A stretch of 64,000 nt of DNA, taken from positions 310,001 to 374,000 of the forward strand of contig NC_043003.1 in NCBI RefSeq assembly GCF_006345805.1, in the 5' to 3' direction. How positions within the stretch are numbered: position 1 is the stretch's first letter; each line of letters opens with the position of its first letter. Positions 13,906-26,394 of the stretch are shown here, in pieces. The DNA is from Octopus sinensis (lineage: Eukaryota). A model generated the notes under the pieces. It worked only from the letters and a program-made list of their open reading frames with translations, was not told the origin of the DNA and searched no databases. The position numbers and the translations under genes were made by a program.

Positions 13906-15232
13906 AGGGTGTCCACGAAGTCTGGGTACATGGAATAAAATCATAACATAAACAAATATAAGAAATAATAATTTTCCTTTTTTACTTTTGTTTAAATTAA
14001 ATAAAAAAATACTTTACTTTTCTAAATTTATTTGTTATTTTTTCTACAGATTATCGAATGATGACTGTCTAAAGAATAAAGAATCCCAGATCGAATGATG
14101 GATCTGTCTAAAGAAGAAAGAATCGAGTTAGTATTATTAAGTGGACGAGAGGGATGGTCTTATCGCAAAATTGCGGAAGAATTTAATCTTCGACACCCTT
14201 ATAGGTAACCTATTTTTTTTTACTGCCGTCGGGAAATTGATCAAGAAATTTAAAGAAACAGGCAGTGTTTTGGATAAACCCCGTTCCGGGCGACCAAAGA
14301 CTTCAGATGAAACGAAAGAGGCTGTCATGGCTAAAGTTTCTGCTACCCCAAAAGAAATCACTTCGTCGGACATCCACGGCGTTAGGTGTTCCAAAACCAA
14401 CCATCCACAAAATGCTGGTTGAGGAAAAGTTTCATCGATACAACCTACAGATATTGCATCACTTAAATGAAGATGACCCTGATAGACGAATGTAGACGTA
14501 CGAATGGTTTTCAGATAAATTGGATGAAAATATCAATTTTACGAAAAACTTTGTTGTTCAGTGACAAAGCTACTTTTTATGTAAATGGTGAGGTCAACAG
14601 ACAGAATCTTCTATACTGGTCTCGAGGTAATCCACATTGGATGGATCCATCCAAACAGCAAGGCAGCAAAAAGGTGATGGTGTGGTGTGGTTTGTGGAAA
14701 GCTCATGTTCTAGGACCATTCTTCATTGAACATATAACGGATGAGACTTATGTAAACATATTGAGAGACAAATTAATATCTCAAATTGAGCGCCTAGGCG
14801 AGGGCCTTCCGAATTGGTTTCAGCATGATGGGGCCCCAAGCCATTTTGCCACAACTGTTAGAGATTGGCTTAATGACACTTTTCCTCACTGGATTGGAAG
14901 AAGGGCTCATATGGAAAGGTCCCCTCGTTCACCAGACCTTGCTCCCCTTGATTTCTTTTTCTGGGGTATGTTGAAAGAGAAAGATTACAATAAAGATTAC
15001 AGATTTAAAATACATGAGAGAACGCATTACCAGTCAGTGTACTGAAATTGATGGCAATGTAGACTTATTTAATCAAGTTCACCTGAATTTTGCAAGGCGC
15101 ATCAAGTTATGCATTGAAAAATGATGGAAATCAGTTTGAAAATATTATTTATTAACGTTATAATTAAATAAAATTGGTTTGTTTTAAAAGTATGTGTTAA
15201 TCCCCATGTACGCAGACTTTGTGGACACCCTC
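13906..15232 (+). mobile_element. Tc1/mariner element, rosa/DD41D-like, frameshifted transposase
   Basis: TIRs AGGGTGTCCACGAAGTCTGGGTACATGG / CCATGTACGCAGACTTTGTGGACACCCTC-TA. Motifs FSDKATF, FQHDGAP, WIGR and SPRSPDLAPLDFF, with 40 residues between the last two Asp in this copy. Confidence 0.9.
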
Positions 15233-16144
15233 TATTATTTTGTAAAACAATATTGAATTAGTTTAAACGTACACAAATGCATAAAAATAATTTTTATTTG
15301 AATTAGACATTTGAAAATACTATTAAATTTCATTCAAATCTAAAAAAAAGGTAAAATTGGATTGGACCAGAACTGATTGGATGACTTGATATATATAATC
15401 TATGATATTCTAGTAGGTTTCAAGTTTATAACACCTTGATATCTCATGTTATCTCATTTTATATGCCTAAGACGTTTATTTTCTATTCTGGTTTTATATA
15501 TTTCTATACATTATATTTGTATCTATAATTTATTTAAGAGCCGAACATAATACGATCCTTGTACAAACGAAAGAACAAGAATGTCCTCTGGAACTTTTAT
15601 CTTCCACCGGTGTTTGTAATCGATGGTGACATGTGTGATGATTTTGCGACTATCTTATATTTTACAGAGAAATTGGAAGCCCCGAATGTAAGCTACCACT
15701 TTATGCATAATACAATATTTATAGTTCTCTATTTCTAACTCAAATTCTGTTCTCAATAATTATAGATCTCTATTCCTAAATGTAATTATTTTTCTTCTCG
15801 TGCTGTTTATAACTATAACACGCATTCTTGTCTGTCTCTTGACAAAGCTTTTTTTCTCCAGCGTTCACCACTTCACCTCGTTAGGGTTAAACAGCCCTTA
15901 CGCAAAGTTTTCACTGTCCTGTTTTTGTTAGCAGCTCTGACGTTCCACGTATCTCAAATATTATTTAATTTGCTTTGGGGGAGCAATTGCTTTGACGAAG
16001 ACGCATCTTGTTCCACTGCTCGCAATGCGGAGTAGGTAAATCTGCCAACAATTGAGGAAGGGTTGTTTTTTTATGCTGCCTTCGCGCTATAGTTCTCAAT
16101 ATATAATGGAATTCTTCCAACCCAACCCAACCCAACCCAACCCC

Positions 16145-16445
16145 CATAGCGTCGACTGTGGGCTGGTAGCTGTGTACAGTCGCCCCAATATCGCCCAGAG
16201 CGAGCTCTGGTCGCCATAGCGTCGACTGTGGGCTGGTAGCTGTGTACAGTCGCCCCAATGTCGCCCAGAGCGAGCTCTGGTCGCCATAGCATCTTTGCCT
16301 CTACTAAATTTATTCTCTCCAGTTACGTATCTGTATAATGGTCATTTGCAAACTCCAGAGGTGACACTTTCATTTCTCCTTGTCGACTGTGGGCTGGTAG
16401 CTGTGGACGGTCGACCCAACGTCGCCCAGAGCGAGCTCTGGCTGG
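16145..16445. repeat. GC-rich 70-bp tandem repeat (2 full copies plus 1 displaced degenerate copy)
   Basis: CATAGCGTCGACTGTGGGCTGGTAGCTGTGTACAGTCGCCCCAATRTCGCCCAGAGCGAGCTCTGGTCGC at 16145 and 16215; third copy at 16382-16440. Confidence 0.9.
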
Positions 16446-16788
16446 TATGATGCTATAGCAGAAGACACATGCCAAGTTACCACACAGTGGGACCAAGTGT
16501 TTTGGAACCAATTTGTTACCACACAGTCACACCTGCACCTGTGTGTGTGTGGGGGGTATATCGGTATGTGTGTATGGGTGTATATATGTATGCATGTATA
16601 TATGTGTATATAAATATGTATACATATTACATGCACATCTATATATATACATCTAGACATACATGTTTACACATACATGTATATCTATAGAAATATATCT
16701 ATACATATACATCAGTATATATACATGTATTTTATATATATATATATTATATATATATATTTATATATACATGTATATATTATATATT

Positions 16789-16822
<34 letters not shown>

Positions 16823-16830
16823 ATATTATA

Positions 16831-16890
<60 letters not shown>

Positions 16891-16957
16891 TACTAGTCGC
16901 CATGATAGATCGTTAGCCAATACACACATTTTTTCTCTCCATGTTTTTTCTGTGTCC

Positions 16958-16993
16958 CTTTCTGTAGAAGAGCGTAGGTTCGAAACGTAAAAT
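16958..16993 (+). ncRNA. Minimal type I hammerhead-like motif (atypical core)
   Basis: CTTT-CTGTAGA-A-GAG cgtagg TTC-GAAAC-GT-A-AAAT; palindromic ACGT stem III; A6 replaced by U. Confidence 0.5.
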
Positions 16994-17076
16994 ATTTTCT
17001 ATTCCTGAGCGTTGTACTAATACATCTGTTTATTTTGTACACCATCTGTCTTCGTCTTTTGGTTTTCGTAAACTCT

Positions 17077-17128
<52 letters not shown>

Positions 17129-17227
17129 ATATATTCGGTACAAGCAATTAAGATTCAAGTGAGTTCTGTTCAATTCACATGAATATGGTACTTAACTTAT
17201 ATTTACTAGCAAATTTTGTAGCCTTAT

Positions 17228-17262
17228 TAAAGATGTCTTCGTACGAAACAATTGTACCGAAT
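17228..17262 (+). ncRNA. Degenerate hammerhead remnant
   Basis: GAAAC-AATT-GT-A palindromic stem III; upstream core decayed (TTAAAGA); stem I pairs only with distant ATTCGG. Confidence 0.3.
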
Positions 17263-17304
17263 ATGATCCATTCTTGTTTTTCTTTTTTCCTATGTATATA
17301 TATA

Positions 17305-17362
<58 letters not shown>

Positions 17363-17642
17363 GTTATATATATATATATATATGAAAATATATAAATAAA
17401 ACATATGCATATATACATACATTATGTACATACTTACATCTATATGTATATATACATGCATATATGAGTACAGGATACCACAATATAAACGTAGAACACA
17501 ACGAGAAACGAAAACATAAAATCAAACAAGGAAACGGAAAGTTTATAGTTAATCCAATATATATACTGGAGTTACATATTATCCACATCAAATGGTACAT
17601 ATACAAAGTCCAAAGTTCTGTATTACATTACCAAAACTATTA

Positions 17643-17754
<112 letters not shown>

Positions 17755-17815
17755 CCAATAATGGAATATGTGCATTCTGCTATTGACAATACATAGTAGA
17801 TGGAAAATACCACAT

Positions 17816-18010
17816 AAAACATACTATAATATAATACAGTGTAACACAACATAATATAATACAATATATTGTATTGCATATTACATATATAATAATGTAT
17901 AACATAATATATAGACAGATGCCTATGGGAGATGCCATTAAATTAATTCAATGTCCGCCAGAGGACCATATGTATGTATATATATATATATATATGTATG
18001 TATATAGGTA

Positions 18011-18067
<57 letters not shown>

Positions 18068-18135
18068 TAGAGAGAGAGAGAGAGAGAGAACATATATACA
18101 TACATATACATACATATATATATATATATATTATA

Positions 18136-18180
<45 letters not shown>

Positions 18181-18397
18181 ATATACATACATATACATAT
18201 ATAAATATATACATATACATATACATATATATATATACATACATATGGTCCTCGGCGGACATTGAATTAATTTAATGGCATCTCCCATAGGCATCTGTCT
18301 ATATATTATGTTATACATTATTATATATGTAATATGCAATACAATATATTACATTATATTATGTTGTGTTACACTGTATTATATTATAGTATGTTTT
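17816..18397. repeat. Long inverted repeat (~157-bp arms) around a microsatellite loop
   Basis: 17816-17973 is the reverse complement of 18241-18397 with few differences. Confidence 0.95.
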
Positions 18398-18428
18398 TGT
18401 ATGTTATAGTATATTATAGTGTGTTTTA

Positions 18429-18516
<88 letters not shown>

Positions 18517-18519
<3 letters not shown>

Positions 18520-18670
18520 TGCCCACCGGATGCTCCAAATCACATAGGCAAGTTTGAAGATTGCCTCACAAGCATTAATGAAATCCTCATGAATCTGGAA
18601 CACCACGTGACCATATTTCTTTTGGGTGTTTCAACTTCTCCAACGTCAAATGGCCCGAAGGTCTCAAGCC
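18517..18670 (+). mobile_element. CR1-like LINE APE endonuclease fragment
   Basis: YCPPDA..FEDCLTSINEIL..IFLLG, then frameshifted FNFSNVKWPEG (GDFN-type motif). Confidence 0.55.
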
Positions 18671-19379
18671 TCAGGAATGAATCATTACAAGCAAGACAGT
18701 ACAGGTGGAGTCCAAGTTATATCTTGATATCGCTAGTGATAACAATACTCAAAATTATAACAAACTGGAATCGTAGGCCCGTCTCTTGCAATTTCGATCA
18801 ATTGGATCTTGTCCTCCTCTTGTATAGAAGTGTACGGCTGCAGCGAAATTCATTTTTCGACTTTCTTCTATCGAAGGCATTTAACAAAATGCTTCCGTAA
18901 AGACAGTGAAAATATTGTCAATTTCTCCAAACAGGGACACTATTCAATTTTGAAACAATAACCAAAGCCCCTTCTCCGAAAGGGGGAGGGGTTACGGTTA
19001 CAATTATTAACAAATCAACACAACAACTTCCCTGACGAGGAACCAACAAATGTGATTACAATAGTCAAACAGTAATAATAATAACAACAAACCTTTTTAA
19101 TTTATCCCCATTTATGTGAAACCACTTATTCAAGTTCAAGTCACTGATGCAATTTTATACGAATTGCTAATACACACACACACACACATAATAAGGGTGA
19201 AACATTGAATATTAATTTGATTAATATGAATTGAAAACCAGTGGTGTAGCATATAAGACCATAGCCGATTTTCTTCTAGCAAAATGGATGACCACTGTTA
19301 ATGGTTCATCCCTGTTATATAATACGTTCACTTTAATAGTTTCAGTATTAAAGTGAATGTCTGCATTACAATAGAGAGA

Positions 19380-19607
19380 TGTTTTTGTTTCACTTTTAAC
19401 ACGTAATACTGAAATAGTGGAGAAGATATGATATTGCTGTGGGGTCGCCCTAGGGAAAAAGTTAAAATTTGTTTTGCCGATGACACTCCCCGGACCTTAA
19501 GTAAGGCATGTGTAAAATTTGAATGAAATTGGTTGTGTAGTTCTCAAGTTTTAGGGAAATACACAGACAGACAGACACACATTCTCAGTTTTATATATAT
19601 AGAGAGA
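19380..19607 (-). mobile_element. Helitron 5' fragment
   Basis: ACAGACAGACAGACAC..GTTTTATATATATAGAGAGAT end typical of non-autonomous Helitrons; same style as 23290-23312. Confidence 0.5.
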
Positions 19608-19816
19608 TGACTACACCACACCAACTCTATAGAGCAGACGGTAGCAGTTAAAATACGGTCATACATACAAACGTACATACGTATATACACCGATATATAT
19701 ATATATATATATTATATATATAATATATATATATAGATATATATATATTATATATATATACTATATACACCTATACATTGATACCCACCCGCATAAAACA
19801 CATATAGGTAGTATGC

Positions 19817-19852
<36 letters not shown>

Positions 19853-19923
19853 CATACACGCATATATATACTTACATCTATATATATACATACATCTCTC
19901 TCTCTCTAATAATATATATATTA

Positions 19924-19964
<41 letters not shown>

Positions 19965-20039
19965 ATATATATAGTGTTGTGTGTGTGTGGGTGTGTTTGT
20001 GTGTGGGTGTGTTGTGTGTGTGTATCTTTTGTCTTATGC

Positions 20040-20236
20040 TTGTTTCAGTCATTTGACTGCGGCCATGCTGGGGCACCACCTTGAAGAATCTTTAGTCAAA
20101 TGAATCAAACTTAGTACTTGTTTTTTAAAGCCTCGTACTTATCCTATCGTTTTTCTTTTGCCGAACCGCTAGGGTTACATAAACGTACCAACACCAGTTG
20201 TCAAGTGGTGGTGCGGCTCAAACACACACACGCACA

Positions 20237-20277
<41 letters not shown>

Positions 20278-20390
20278 ACGGGCTTCTTCAAATCTGCTTA
20301 CAAGGCTTTGGTCTGCCCGAGCCTATAGTAGAAGACACCTGCCAAAAGTGCCACGCAGTGGGACTGAACCTGGAACCATGTGGTTGGGAG
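20040..20390 (-). mobile_element. tRNA-derived SINE (family A)
   Basis: Reverse complement of the family A head and tail with an internal (CA)n. Confidence 0.7.
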
Positions 20391-21354
20391 TGGTTGGGAA
20401 GCACTCCTGCGCCTCTCTCTTTTTCTCCTCATCTCTCTCTTTATATGTATGTATATGTGTGTGTGTATATATGTGTGTATGTATGTATGTATGTATGTAT
20501 GTATGTATGTATGTATGTATGTATGTATGTATGTATGTATGTATGTATGTATGTATTTACGTATGTATGTATGTATGTATGTATGTATGTGTGTGTGTAT
20601 GTATGTATGTATATGTATGTATGTTGTTGAGACCTCCGTCTGTAATTAATGAAGGTCTTAGCCGTCTACCCCACAGGAACAGCATTGTCTCTGGACGAAC
20701 AGTCCAATTTAGCAAATGGCAGTCTCTCCCACAAACCGTAGATGCAAGCTGACCGCTACCGTCTGGGGTGTATTATCTTTTTTCTGTGGATTATCCTTCA
20801 TTCCACTGCGTTCACAAGTCTCTCCAGTAAAGGACATTCGACAGGAACCAAGCCTGGGCCACACACACATACACACACACGCATACACACGCACATCCTA
20901 AATCATGATATTATAACATCATAAATTACATAATTTTTACGTATGTTTCACTAGCATATACTAACATGTTGTGCGGTAATCATTGCGTAGACGGTTGCGT
21001 AATCACAGTGAAACGCCAGATCTTCAGAGAAAATAGTAATTTAATTCATCATTATTTACCAACGTAAAGGCGGAGTTTTGGCAAAATCGTTATCGCACCG
21101 AACAAAATGCCACCGAGGTCGACTTTGCTTGTCATCTTTTCGGGGTGGATAAAATAATTACCAGTCAAGCACTTGGGTCGATGATGTCGACTTAAACTTT
21201 CCGCTAAAATTGCTGGTATTGTGCCAAATGTTGAAACCATGATTATTTACCAACATTAGTTGGCTGGCAGTGCTAAATGAGAAGTCAACATCCGGTGTTT
21301 TAATGTAATTATGCAATCGTCGATGTAACAATGGTGTGTGTGTGTGTGTGTGTG

Positions 21355-21388
<34 letters not shown>

Positions 21389-21650
21389 GTATATATCAGT
21401 AACAACTCCAAGGAGTGATGAGGAATAAACGAACTCTAGGCTAGTTAAAGATATGTTTGTGACATTTTAACTTCTAAAGGCGAATTCATTGCAGTTAGCG
21501 TGGGGCGGGGGCGGGGAGATAGCATCTGTCGAGTGCTTCCTTCTCGTAGATTCCCAGACGTGCGTTTCTGGCTCTTTGGAAAATACCAATGTATTATCCC
21601 ATCTGTTTGACATCTTAGTTGTTTAAAACTTTACCTGAATATGGTGCACC

Positions 21651-21709
21651 ATATATCACGATGTAATCTATGAATACATCTATAAAAATTTACTGAAACA
21701 GCTGTCATA
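21651..21709 (+). ncRNA. Degenerate hammerhead remnant
   Basis: GAAAC-AGCT-GT-C palindromic stem III; stem II GTAA/TTAC; core decayed to ATCACGA. Confidence 0.3.
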
Positions 21710-21993
21710 AATTCTAAACCCCGTTTGTGTTCTATTTTTATAACTACGCCACTCATGGAACCAACCCTGAGTCGGATCTACGATTTAAATTGGATTTGGT
21801 ACTTACAGATCTACTGTATTCTACTAACACTTGATGTCTTCATCGTTGTTTACCTCACTCTGAGTTGTGTGTTATTGCACCAAGCCATTTCTGGCGTCCT
21901 ACGTGACGATGGGCCTAGATTCCAATGAGCCTATAACTAATTTACACGCACGCACACACAAACATGTATATATATAATATATAATATATATAT

Positions 21994-22035
<42 letters not shown>

Positions 22036-22037
<2 letters not shown>

Positions 22038-22765
22038 ACAATTGAGGATAAAATCTTTAAAAGAAATTATCAGTAGTCAGCGTGAAAACCTCGTAAGAGA
22101 AAAAATCCGTAAATTCTTCCTCTTTGAAAATATTCATTTATATTATATTGAGGGTACTACTATTCATAGATACCAACACGCTAAGAGGGACCAATGCGGT
22201 CAAAACTACTAAAAATAAACAAAATTTTACCGAATGCAAAACTTCAAAACACATCATTTAAAAAAAATATAAATGAATATTTGCAAAGAGGAAGAATTTA
22301 CGGATTTTTTCTCTTACGAGGTTTTTCACGCTGACTACTGATAATTTCTTTTAAAGATTTTATCCTCAATTGTTAATTTAATTTATATTTTTCACCGGAA
22401 TAGTTCAATACTGAATTTTTATTCCGACTAGACAATTTGTTACCGAAATGCATTGCGAATAAGCCCGCCATTTTCATAGATATGTAAAGATAAACATTCG
22501 TACATGCTACGACGAATTCTACGGTTGGCTATCGAGTTTGTAATGTTGTTTTCTCTTATATTTCTTGAGTTTGTTGCACTGATGAACATAAAAAAATGTA
22601 TTCTGCATTAAATGCGAAATCACATGTGATATGTAACTGAATTCTTTTTTAAAATGATGTGTTTTGAAGTTTTGCATTCGGTAAAATTTGTTTATTTTTA
22701 GTAGTTTTGACCGCATTGGTCCCTCTTAGCGTGTTGGTATCTACGAATAGTAGTACCTCAATATA

Positions 22766-22773
<8 letters not shown>
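22036..22773. repeat. (TA)n-flanked module with nested inverted duplications (A B A' C B')
   Basis: 22036-22144 is the reverse complement of 22266-22375; 22137-22265 is the reverse complement of 22645-22773. Confidence 0.9.
22573..22637 (+). ncRNA. Type I hammerhead ribozyme fold
   Basis: Stem I GTTGCA/TGTAAC; core CTGATGA (22579-85); stem II CAT/ATG with A.C at 10.1:11.1; GAAA (22616-19); palindromic stem III ATCACATGTGAT; AUA cleavage after 22631. Confidence 0.75.
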
Positions 22774-22806
<33 letters not shown>

Positions 22807-22807
<1 letters not shown>

Positions 22808-23299
22808 TAGCAGTATCACCCGGCGTTGTTCGGATTTGTAAGGGAAATAACTATATAAGCATTTTTAGAGAGTTACTTCCCTTATAGATGCCAATTCGGG
22901 CTTTCTTAGCCTTTTCTGTTTTGGTGTCTTCAAGCCATGAAGTCGTTGTTCTAAAAGAACGCTGGTCTCCTTGACAACGCTTTACGACGTTGATTTCCTT
23001 ACACTCCCTTCCCACAGCTTCACGAGGGGGGAAGAAGGGGGAGAAGCAAACAGGTGCAGGTGTGACCATGGATGCAAACTCCGCCGCCATCGACACACGA
23101 AAAATTATGCATTAAAATGGAATAAAAAATGATGTTAAATTATTTTTTAAATCGTAGACTCATCGTAGACGCGCGCTAATACCCAGACGGTTCGATATGA
23201 ATCACGACTATAAGATACCCGATTTTGGTTAAACTGCACCGCAAATGTGGGAGTAGTTAGGAATCTAAATCGAAGGGGACAGACACTCACACAACTACA

Positions 23300-23312
<13 letters not shown>
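22807..23312 (-). mobile_element. Non-autonomous Helitron
   Basis: CTAG plus hairpin CCCGGCGTTGTTCGG at 22807; subterminal sequence shared with 2186-2573; TTTTATATATA 5' end. Confidence 0.7.
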
Positions 23313-23345
<33 letters not shown>

Positions 23346-23570
23346 AATGTATATATATATGTATATATATGTATATATATATATATATGTATATATATAT
23401 GTATATATATGTGAATGTATATATATATGTATATATATGTGAATGTATGTATGTATGTATGTATGTATATAAACTGGAATTTACACCCCCCCCCAAAAAA
23501 AAAAACAAAAGACGAAGACGGGTGTGTAAACAACGAGCAGGTGTATTAGTTTGACTCTCGGAAAGGTGAG

Positions 23571-23612
23571 AAAGTCTTTTACGTTTCGAGCCTGCGCTCT
23601 TCAGCAGAAAGG
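23571..23612 (-). ncRNA. Minimal type I hammerhead-like motif (same family as 16958)
   Basis: Minus strand CTTT-CTGCTGA-A-GAG cgcagg CTC-GAAAC-GT-A-AAAG; A6 replaced by C. Confidence 0.55.
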
Positions 23613-23789
23613 AACTCGAGAAAATAAACAGGGAGAGTAAAAAAAGGGGTTTAATGGCTAGCGATCAATCAAGGCAATGGCCAGACAGAGGTGGTTAGAC
23701 ATGAGAGCTAGGGAGAAGAGGAAATAATATGTGTGTGTGTGTATAAAATACATACATACATATATATATATACACACCTATATATATAC

Positions 23790-23822
<33 letters not shown>

Positions 23823-23899
23823 ACATACATACACTTAAGTATATGCATACATTCATTCGTGCCTACACACACACATATATATATATATATACATATATA

Positions 23900-24505
23900 C
23901 AGGGTGGGGCAGAGAGGACGGACGTTTTTGCAATGGCTCTTACTCAGCCCCAGGGGAGGGACATATGTCTGACAGGCACCATTTGGTCCGTGGTGTCTTA
24001 GCATTCTTTTTCTTTTCAGGTGAAGCCATGGCACTGTGGACGATAGAGCATCGCGTGTTTGCCTACGACAGTTACGTGAAGAATAATGAATCTGTCACAG
24101 CAGTTTAGCGTGAGTTTCGGTGCCACTTCAACATTCACCAAAATCAGGCTGTTTCCACCCGTAATACAATCTTGTTCTAGCCTCGTTTTCTTGTTACTGG
24201 TGAAGATAATGCAAAGATGCCGTTCATATCAGAGACAACCAGGTACACGAGGTACACTAATGAATAGGAGACCGGTGGGAGCGCTACGAACGGTACAGAC
24301 CCCGGAAAATGTGGAACGCGTGAGACAAGTTTTCAGAAATGCATCAATGAAAACAGACACCACATCATGGATGTTATTTTCTACACTTAATTTTAACAAA
24401 TGCTAATTCAATACAAACACATTGATGTCAATAAAATATATTTGCACCTAAACTTAATGATTTTGAGAATTTTTCCAACACGCCCGTCCTCTCTGCCCCA
24501 CCCTG
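23900..24505 (+). mobile_element. Internally deleted Tc1/mariner element
   Basis: 26-bp TIRs CAGGGTGGGGCAGAGAGGACGG(A/G)CGT with TA on both sides; N-terminal remnant MALWTIEHRVFAYDSYVKNNESV..RTVQTPENVERVRQ. Confidence 0.85.
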
Positions 24506-24891
24506 TACATATATATATATAAGCAATAATAAATCTCTGAACGAGCTATAAACAGTAGCTGCACGACAATGTGAAGTATATTTGCCACTTAAATGTGGCT
24601 AACCACTAAGGGTGGATGCTACTGTAGCTTGTAGCCCCAGGAGAACACCTTCTCCAGCTGGCTATTGACACACTTTCTGTGCCCTATCAGTATTTGGAAA
24701 GGGAAGCCACCCTTACCATCGTCGACCTGACGTGATACGCGCGGCATCCCTGTATCACTGCCGCTGTCGGGCATCTCACTCCTCAGCGTCGCACGACAAT
24801 CACCGGTCTTCGATGCGAAGGGGTCCCAATGCAAATACATATATCCTTTTCCAGTGACGAAATGATATATATATATATATATTATATATAT

Positions 24892-24937
<46 letters not shown>

Positions 24938-24964
24938 CGTATATATATATATACATACATTATA

Positions 24965-24995
<31 letters not shown>

Positions 24996-25033
24996 CCACA
25001 CACACACACACAACACACACACACATAATATAT

Positions 25034-25103
<70 letters not shown>

Positions 25104-25196
25104 TTCAGCAAAATTAGATTCAGATGAATATGTACTTAAGTCAAAGGCCCACCAGAATTCTGTATGGTATTATACATATAAATCCATGGGGTGATT

Positions 25197-25398
25197 ATAA
25201 TCAAAATAAGCAACAGGTATATCCGAGGTAATGTGGTACAATCGTTTCATGCTACTTCATTTTATTAAACACTGTAAGTATTACATCAGTTTTGAAATGT
25301 CGAGCAATCTTCAGCCACTTATAGAAATTTTCCAATGAAGTAGTATGAAACGATTGTACCACATTACCTCGGATATACTTGTTGGTTATTTTGATTAT
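25197..25398. repeat. Inverted repeat, 65-bp arms, (TA)n-flanked
   Basis: 25197-25261 is the reverse complement of 25334-25398 with about 3 differences. Confidence 0.95.
25233..25318 (-). ncRNA. Type I hammerhead ribozyme fold
   Basis: Minus strand stem I GTGG/CCAC; core CTGAAGA; stem II TGCT/AGCA closed by U.U; GAAAC-GATT-GT-A. Confidence 0.75.
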
Positions 25399-25934
25399 AT
25401 ATATATATATATATATATATATAACAAAATCACATACTACAACCATTTAAAACCGTACACTACCAGGTACTTACGAACGAACGTTGAGTTTCACTATTTC
25501 TGTTATCCCTTACTTTCTGATTCTCATTCACTTGATTTTAATTCTCTTCCACTCAAAACCCCACAATTTCTAGCAAATATCTCAGTGCAAAAATTGTTTT
25601 GCTATTATTGTGGAAGACGCTACTTTGCAATCTTTACTTTCTGTGCAATTTGCTGCTAAATGCTTCGCTTACTTGAGATAATCTGGTTATTATGTTTCTA
25701 TGCCAAACATCGTAGAGTGAGGAATCGCAGGTAAGTAAGGGATAGCAGTGGAGGCGGTGGAGGTGGGTGTGTTTGTTTCTTGGTTGTAAAATTTCCCTTT
25801 CAGAAATGTTCTTGAAAAAACGAGAGGCGGGTGTGAACATCCCACAATATTCAGATATGGCAAGAAATGTTTTAGCTGCTAAATTGAGCAGATCGAGCGA
25901 CTGAGTACATAGAAAATGAAAATGATGATGGTAA

Positions 25935-25968
25935 GGACGATGGTGAGGATGATGATGATGATGATGAC

Positions 25969-26020
<52 letters not shown>

Positions 26021-26200
26021 TGATGATGATGATGATGATGATGAAAGAGGATGATGAAAGATAACGATGATGGTGGTGGTGGTGATGATGACGAAAGATG
26101 GTGACGATGGTGACGACAACGACGACGACGATGATGTTAATGATGATGGTGATGATGGTAGCAGTGTGGTACGTTATTGTCACTAACACACTGCACATAC
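25935..26200. repeat. (GAT)n/(GAC)n/(GGT)n trinucleotide tract
   Basis: Seen directly; source of the poly-His and poly-Ser ORFs. Confidence 0.95.
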
Positions 26201-26394
26201 CAGACACAAAATGCTTGTAAGTTGTTGCAATTGCTCGCTCTCCTTTTCGCCAACTGTCGCAGATATGGCTGGGAAGGCAGCAATTTGCTGTTGAGTTTCG
26301 AAACCCACAGGTGAGCTCTAATCGAGTAAACCTAGGGTTAAAGGTATTCAAAGCATTCAAGCAGTGACCATCCGTCTTTTCCCCTCCCCAGAAT

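Noticed and set aside
19032-19040. Lone CTGACGAGG
   Set aside because: No downstream GAAA or pairing partner
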